A DNA stretch of 64,000 bases from a virus, in IMG/VR virus record IMGVR_UViG_3300044701_003572, positions 1 to 64,000 of that record. One strand, given 5' to 3'. Within the stretch, counting starts at the first letter, position 1. Every line of letters begins with the position of its first letter. Both the position numbers and the translations under genes were made by a program. The notes under the pieces were generated by a model. That model had not been told where the DNA came from, searched no databases, and worked only from the letters and a program-made list of their open reading frames with translations. This document shows, piece after piece, positions 61,179 to 64,000 of the stretch.

Positions 61179-61777
61179 ATACAGAACATTTACATTACTG
61201 GATGCAGGCTATCCGGCAAAGCCCGAATCCTATGCGAACCATGGATGCATTCTGGAGAGGACAACTTAAAAGCAAAGAATGGTTAATCGAAAATTTACGT
61301 AAGCACGTAAACAAATTTGTAACAGTAGATATTCACGGAGGATGGGTTGGAGTATTAGCTAGTATGTTGTTCCAGAGCGAAATTCCTATCATTAATATTC
61401 GTAGTATTGATATTGATCCAACGTGCGAACCTATCGCTGTTAATATGAATAAGATTGAAGAAATGGTAGGGAAGTTTCGAGCAGTCACTGCCGATATGTG
61501 TGTTATTAGCAGTAATGCAGATGTTATCATTAATACCAGCTGTGAACATATTACACAGTACGATTATGATACGTGGCTAAATGGTATTCCATCTAGCTCA
61601 TTGCTTGTTTTACAAAGTAATAATTATCAAATTCCGGAGCACGTTCGAACAGCAAAAACATTAGATGAATTTAAAGAACAATCTAATATTAACATATTGT
61701 GGTCCGGAGAACTAGAATTGCCCTTATACAACCGATATATGATCATTGGAAGAAAGAATGTTACCTTATCCACATAA
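61169..61777 (+). CDS. class I SAM-dependent methyltransferase-like protein
   Basis: VDIHGGWVG motif I, SIDID and IINTSCEH. Confidence 0.7.
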   Translation: MQIDTEHLHYWMQAIRQSPNPMRTMDAFWRGQLKSKEWLIENLRKHVNKFVTVDIHGGWVGVLASMLFQSEIPIINIRSIDIDPTCEPIAVNMNKIEEMVGKFRAVTADMCVISSNADVIINTSCEHITQYDYDTWLNGIPSSSLLVLQSNNYQIPEHVRTAKTLDEFKEQSNINILWSGELELPLYNRYMIIGRKNVTLST

Positions 61778-62858
61778 TATAAAATCAGTTCATATCGAAT
61801 TAACTGACAAATGTCAAGCAGCCTGTCCTATGTGTTCGAGAAACGAGTTCGGCGGCAAAGAACGCAGTCATATTAAAAATACTGAAATTACTTTAGAACA
61901 GTTTGTTCAATGGTTCCCTAGAGAATTCTTAATGAAACTTGATAGTTTTTATGCTTGTGGAAATAACGGAGACCCTTTACTGGCTAAAGATTGTTTAGAA
62001 ATATTCGAATATCTGGCTAATAACACTACTGATGATTGTAGACTTGCCATTCACACTAACGGAAGTTTGAGAAATAAAGAGTGGTGGACGAATCTTGCTA
62101 GAGTTCTGGGTAATAAAGGTTTGGTAGTTTTTGCTATCGATGGATTTAAAGGTCAGCATGAAATGTATAGGCGAAACACTAGTTGGGATAAAATTATTGA
62201 GAATGCTAAGACATTTATAGCTGCTGGCGGCAAAGCAAGATCAGATACTTTGTTATTCAAACACAACGAAGATGAGGCAGAAAATCTAAAAGAATATCTA
62301 CTTAGCATCGGGTTTGAAGAAGTTATTCTAAAACCAACACAAAGGTTTCACGGATTACCTCAGTTCCCAGTAAAAGATCAATATGGTAACGTGGAATACT
62401 ATATCGAAGGACCTACGAAACCGCAGTATAAAGAATACATTATGCAACCAAACATGGTTAAGTTAGTAGAAAAAGAAACTTATAATGCTCTAATTAAAAA
62501 TTCTGAAATTGATCCGAAGTGTCAAACTGGTCGAGACTTATTTGTTAATACTTTTGGTAATGTGTGGCCCTGCTGTTTTGTACAGGCATTAAATGTCACT
62601 GACGGACTTGACTGGCAAGGTGCCGAATATGTTATTAGGGAAAGATTAAGACTATCCGCTGTAGATGTAGCAGATGATATTGGTATTCCAAATTTGCACG
62701 GAACTAATATCGTTGATATTTTGAATTCTTGCGGTTGGGGCGAAAGTCTTCCTAAACATTATACCACTGATAAAAAATTAGTTTGTGTTAAAAGTTGTTC
62801 TACAAACTTACGAAAGTTGGTTGAAGATAATAACAAACCTCAAATACAATACTGGTAA
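61758..62858 (+). CDS. radical SAM/SPASM protein
   Basis: CQAACPMC, GNNGDP, HTNG, GNVWPCC and CVKSC. Start at ATG 61758. Confidence 0.9.
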   Translation: MLPYPHNIKSVHIELTDKCQAACPMCSRNEFGGKERSHIKNTEITLEQFVQWFPREFLMKLDSFYACGNNGDPLLAKDCLEIFEYLANNTTDDCRLAIHTNGSLRNKEWWTNLARVLGNKGLVVFAIDGFKGQHEMYRRNTSWDKIIENAKTFIAAGGKARSDTLLFKHNEDEAENLKEYLLSIGFEEVILKPTQRFHGLPQFPVKDQYGNVEYYIEGPTKPQYKEYIMQPNMVKLVEKETYNALIKNSEIDPKCQTGRDLFVNTFGNVWPCCFVQALNVTDGLDWQGAEYVIRERLRLSAVDVADDIGIPNLHGTNIVDILNSCGWGESLPKHYTTDKKLVCVKSCSTNLRKLVEDNNKPQIQYW

Positions 62859-63520
62859 TCTAAAATAACACCTGCTCGGGTAATTGATTCAAAAGCACCT
62901 GTAAATGTATCTGGAGTCAGCGTGTTTAAATAAACTTCCTTTTCGCTGATTGCTTTGAAACCTGTAATTGTATTATTTTTTACACCTGCATTGATCAATG
63001 TCATAATCGGTGTGTACGCCAATTGCTTCCAATCATAGTCGCCTTCGATAATTTTAATTTTAAGAAAAGGATCTTGTTCGTTGTATCTCGGTAAAAGAAC
63101 ACGCACATTAAGATGTATTCTAGTTCGAGGTCCCCAATTTGCCGCAACGTGTATTTTGCCTGTGTTCATATACCATAGTTGTCCGTCGGCAGGCAGATGG
63201 TATAATTTGTTGTCAGTTATATCAACTAAAAAACTGTAAGGATTGGTAATAATAGCAAGATGTATTCGATCATCTGGATCAGCGTGTGCAGTATATGACT
63301 CCGCAGATTCTAGTTTAAGAAGTCTAGCCTGCCCAATATTTCCTAAAGACTTTAATACCTCACCTAACGGAGTTGATTCAAACTCCGGCAAAATTATCCA
63401 AGGATCATGAAAGAAAGATCCAGAAGGTTTATTCAAGTCTAGACGTTTTTCAAATACCAAATCATCAACTTGTTGTATAATGGGTTCTATAGAAAATTTT
63501 TGGTCGAGTTTAGTAAGCAT
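62840..63520 (-). CDS. 2OG-Fe(II) oxygenase, aspartyl/asparaginyl beta-hydroxylase-like
   Basis: HAD...H triad (YTAHADPD, KIHVAAN) and a downstream RIHL. Confidence 0.7.
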   Translation of the reverse strand: MLTKLDQKFSIEPIIQQVDDLVFEKRLDLNKPSGSFFHDPWIILPEFESTPLGEVLKSLGNIGQARLLKLESAESYTAHADPDDRIHLAIITNPYSFLVDITDNKLYHLPADGQLWYMNTGKIHVAANWGPRTRIHLNVRVLLPRYNEQDPFLKIKIIEGDYDWKQLAYTPIMTLINAGVKNNTITGFKAISEKEVYLNTLTPDTFTGAFESITRAGVILDYQYCI

Positions 63521-63530
63521 AATTATACTT

Positions 63531-64000
63531 ATGAAAGTAGATATACCGTTTGATAATAATTGGAAAAGTGTTGCTATTGCGGTAAGTGGCGGCGCTGATA
63601 GCGCATTACTGACATTTCTAGTTTGTCAAACAGTAACAGAAAGAAATATTAATCCTTTTACTGTACACGTTATTAATAACATTAGATGCTGGAAGACTAA
63701 GCCCTGGCAACAAAGCGATTTTAAAAAAGTTTATAATTGGTTAGTTCAACGATTTCCAAAAATTAATTTTCAAATACACACAAATTTCGTACCTCCTGAA
63801 CTAGAATGGGCCAATAAAGGTCCTAGCATTATCGATGAATACGGTAAGTTAGTCAGTGGAGACACACTAGAATTAAGATCCTTTGCAGAATTTGTATGCA
63901 TCAATCAGGATGTTGATGCATATTTCAATGGCGTTACACGAAATCCAAAAGGCGTTGATTTTCAGGGAATGCATACTAGAGATATAGAACCTACCGAAGA
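63531..64000 (+). CDS. PP-loop ATPase (QueC/TilS-superfamily-like), truncated by the window edge
   Basis: Manual translation MKVDIPFDNNWKSVAIAVSGGADSALL...; the frame stays open to the window end. Confidence 0.75.
   Translation, partial: MKVDIPFDNNWKSVAIAVSGGADSALLTFLVCQTVTERNINPFTVHVINNIRCWKTKPWQQSDFKKVYNWLVQRFPKINFQIHTNFVPPELEWANKGPSIIDEYGKLVSGDTLELRSFAEFVCINQDVDAYFNGVTRNPKGVDFQGMHTRDIEPTE

Noticed and set aside
447-61549. Many ORF-track entries antisense to or nested in longer genes (e.g. 447-869+, 7601-7993+, 21812-22159+, 54388-54852+, 58806-59282-)
   Set aside because: They are shadow frames of well-supported genes, with no recognisable motifs or RBS.
60195-62858. Calling either radical SAM gene queE
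   Set aside because: Both are longer than QueE, carry Cys-rich C-terminal extensions and lack the QueE N-terminal signature.
1-64000. Stop-codon reassignment as in some large phages
   Set aside because: Conserved genes are full length in the standard code; TAG ends iscA and kdsA, and TGA ends polB, at the expected positions.

Overview
This window is a 64-kb segment of a large T4-like (myovirus-type) bacteriophage genome. It is AT-rich, densely coding, mostly on the - strand, and uses the standard genetic code. The host is probably a Gram-negative proteobacterium, inferred from the spanins, KdsA and proteobacterial-type IscU/IscA/ErpA/FdxA. From left to right it contains: (1) a 7-deazaguanine-type cluster (folE, GT-B glycosyltransferase, QueD-like protein, HNH endonuclease, DpdA/TGT-like transglycosylase) next to the sliding clamp and B-family DNA polymerase; (2) a block of charged proteins with capsid-targeting-like N-termini and repeated x-x-E sites, one fusing a nucleotidyltransferase to a sigma-70 region-4 domain; (3) ClpA, peptide deformylase and DnaJ; (4) a lysis cassette (GH19 endolysin, spanins, holin-like proteins); (5) PhoH, ferredoxin, clamp loader, TagD-like, MazG-like, GroES and a stand-alone DnaE fragment; (6) a baseplate/tail-fibre block; (7) IscA, IscU, SOD, UvsE, a glycosyltransferase, KdsA, QueD and ThyX; (8) a 113-nt tRNA-like RNA with a CAT anticodon; (9) the start of a radical-SAM/methyltransferase/2OG-oxygenase/PP-loop island. 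The most notable items are the glycosyltransferase-containing deazaguanine cluster, a preQ1-I-like pseudoknot leader on queD, tandem pseudoknots before polB, the oversized tRNA-like RNA, apparent capsid-packaged polyproteins, and many near-leaderless late transcripts. All calls come from manual motif reading; no searches were run.
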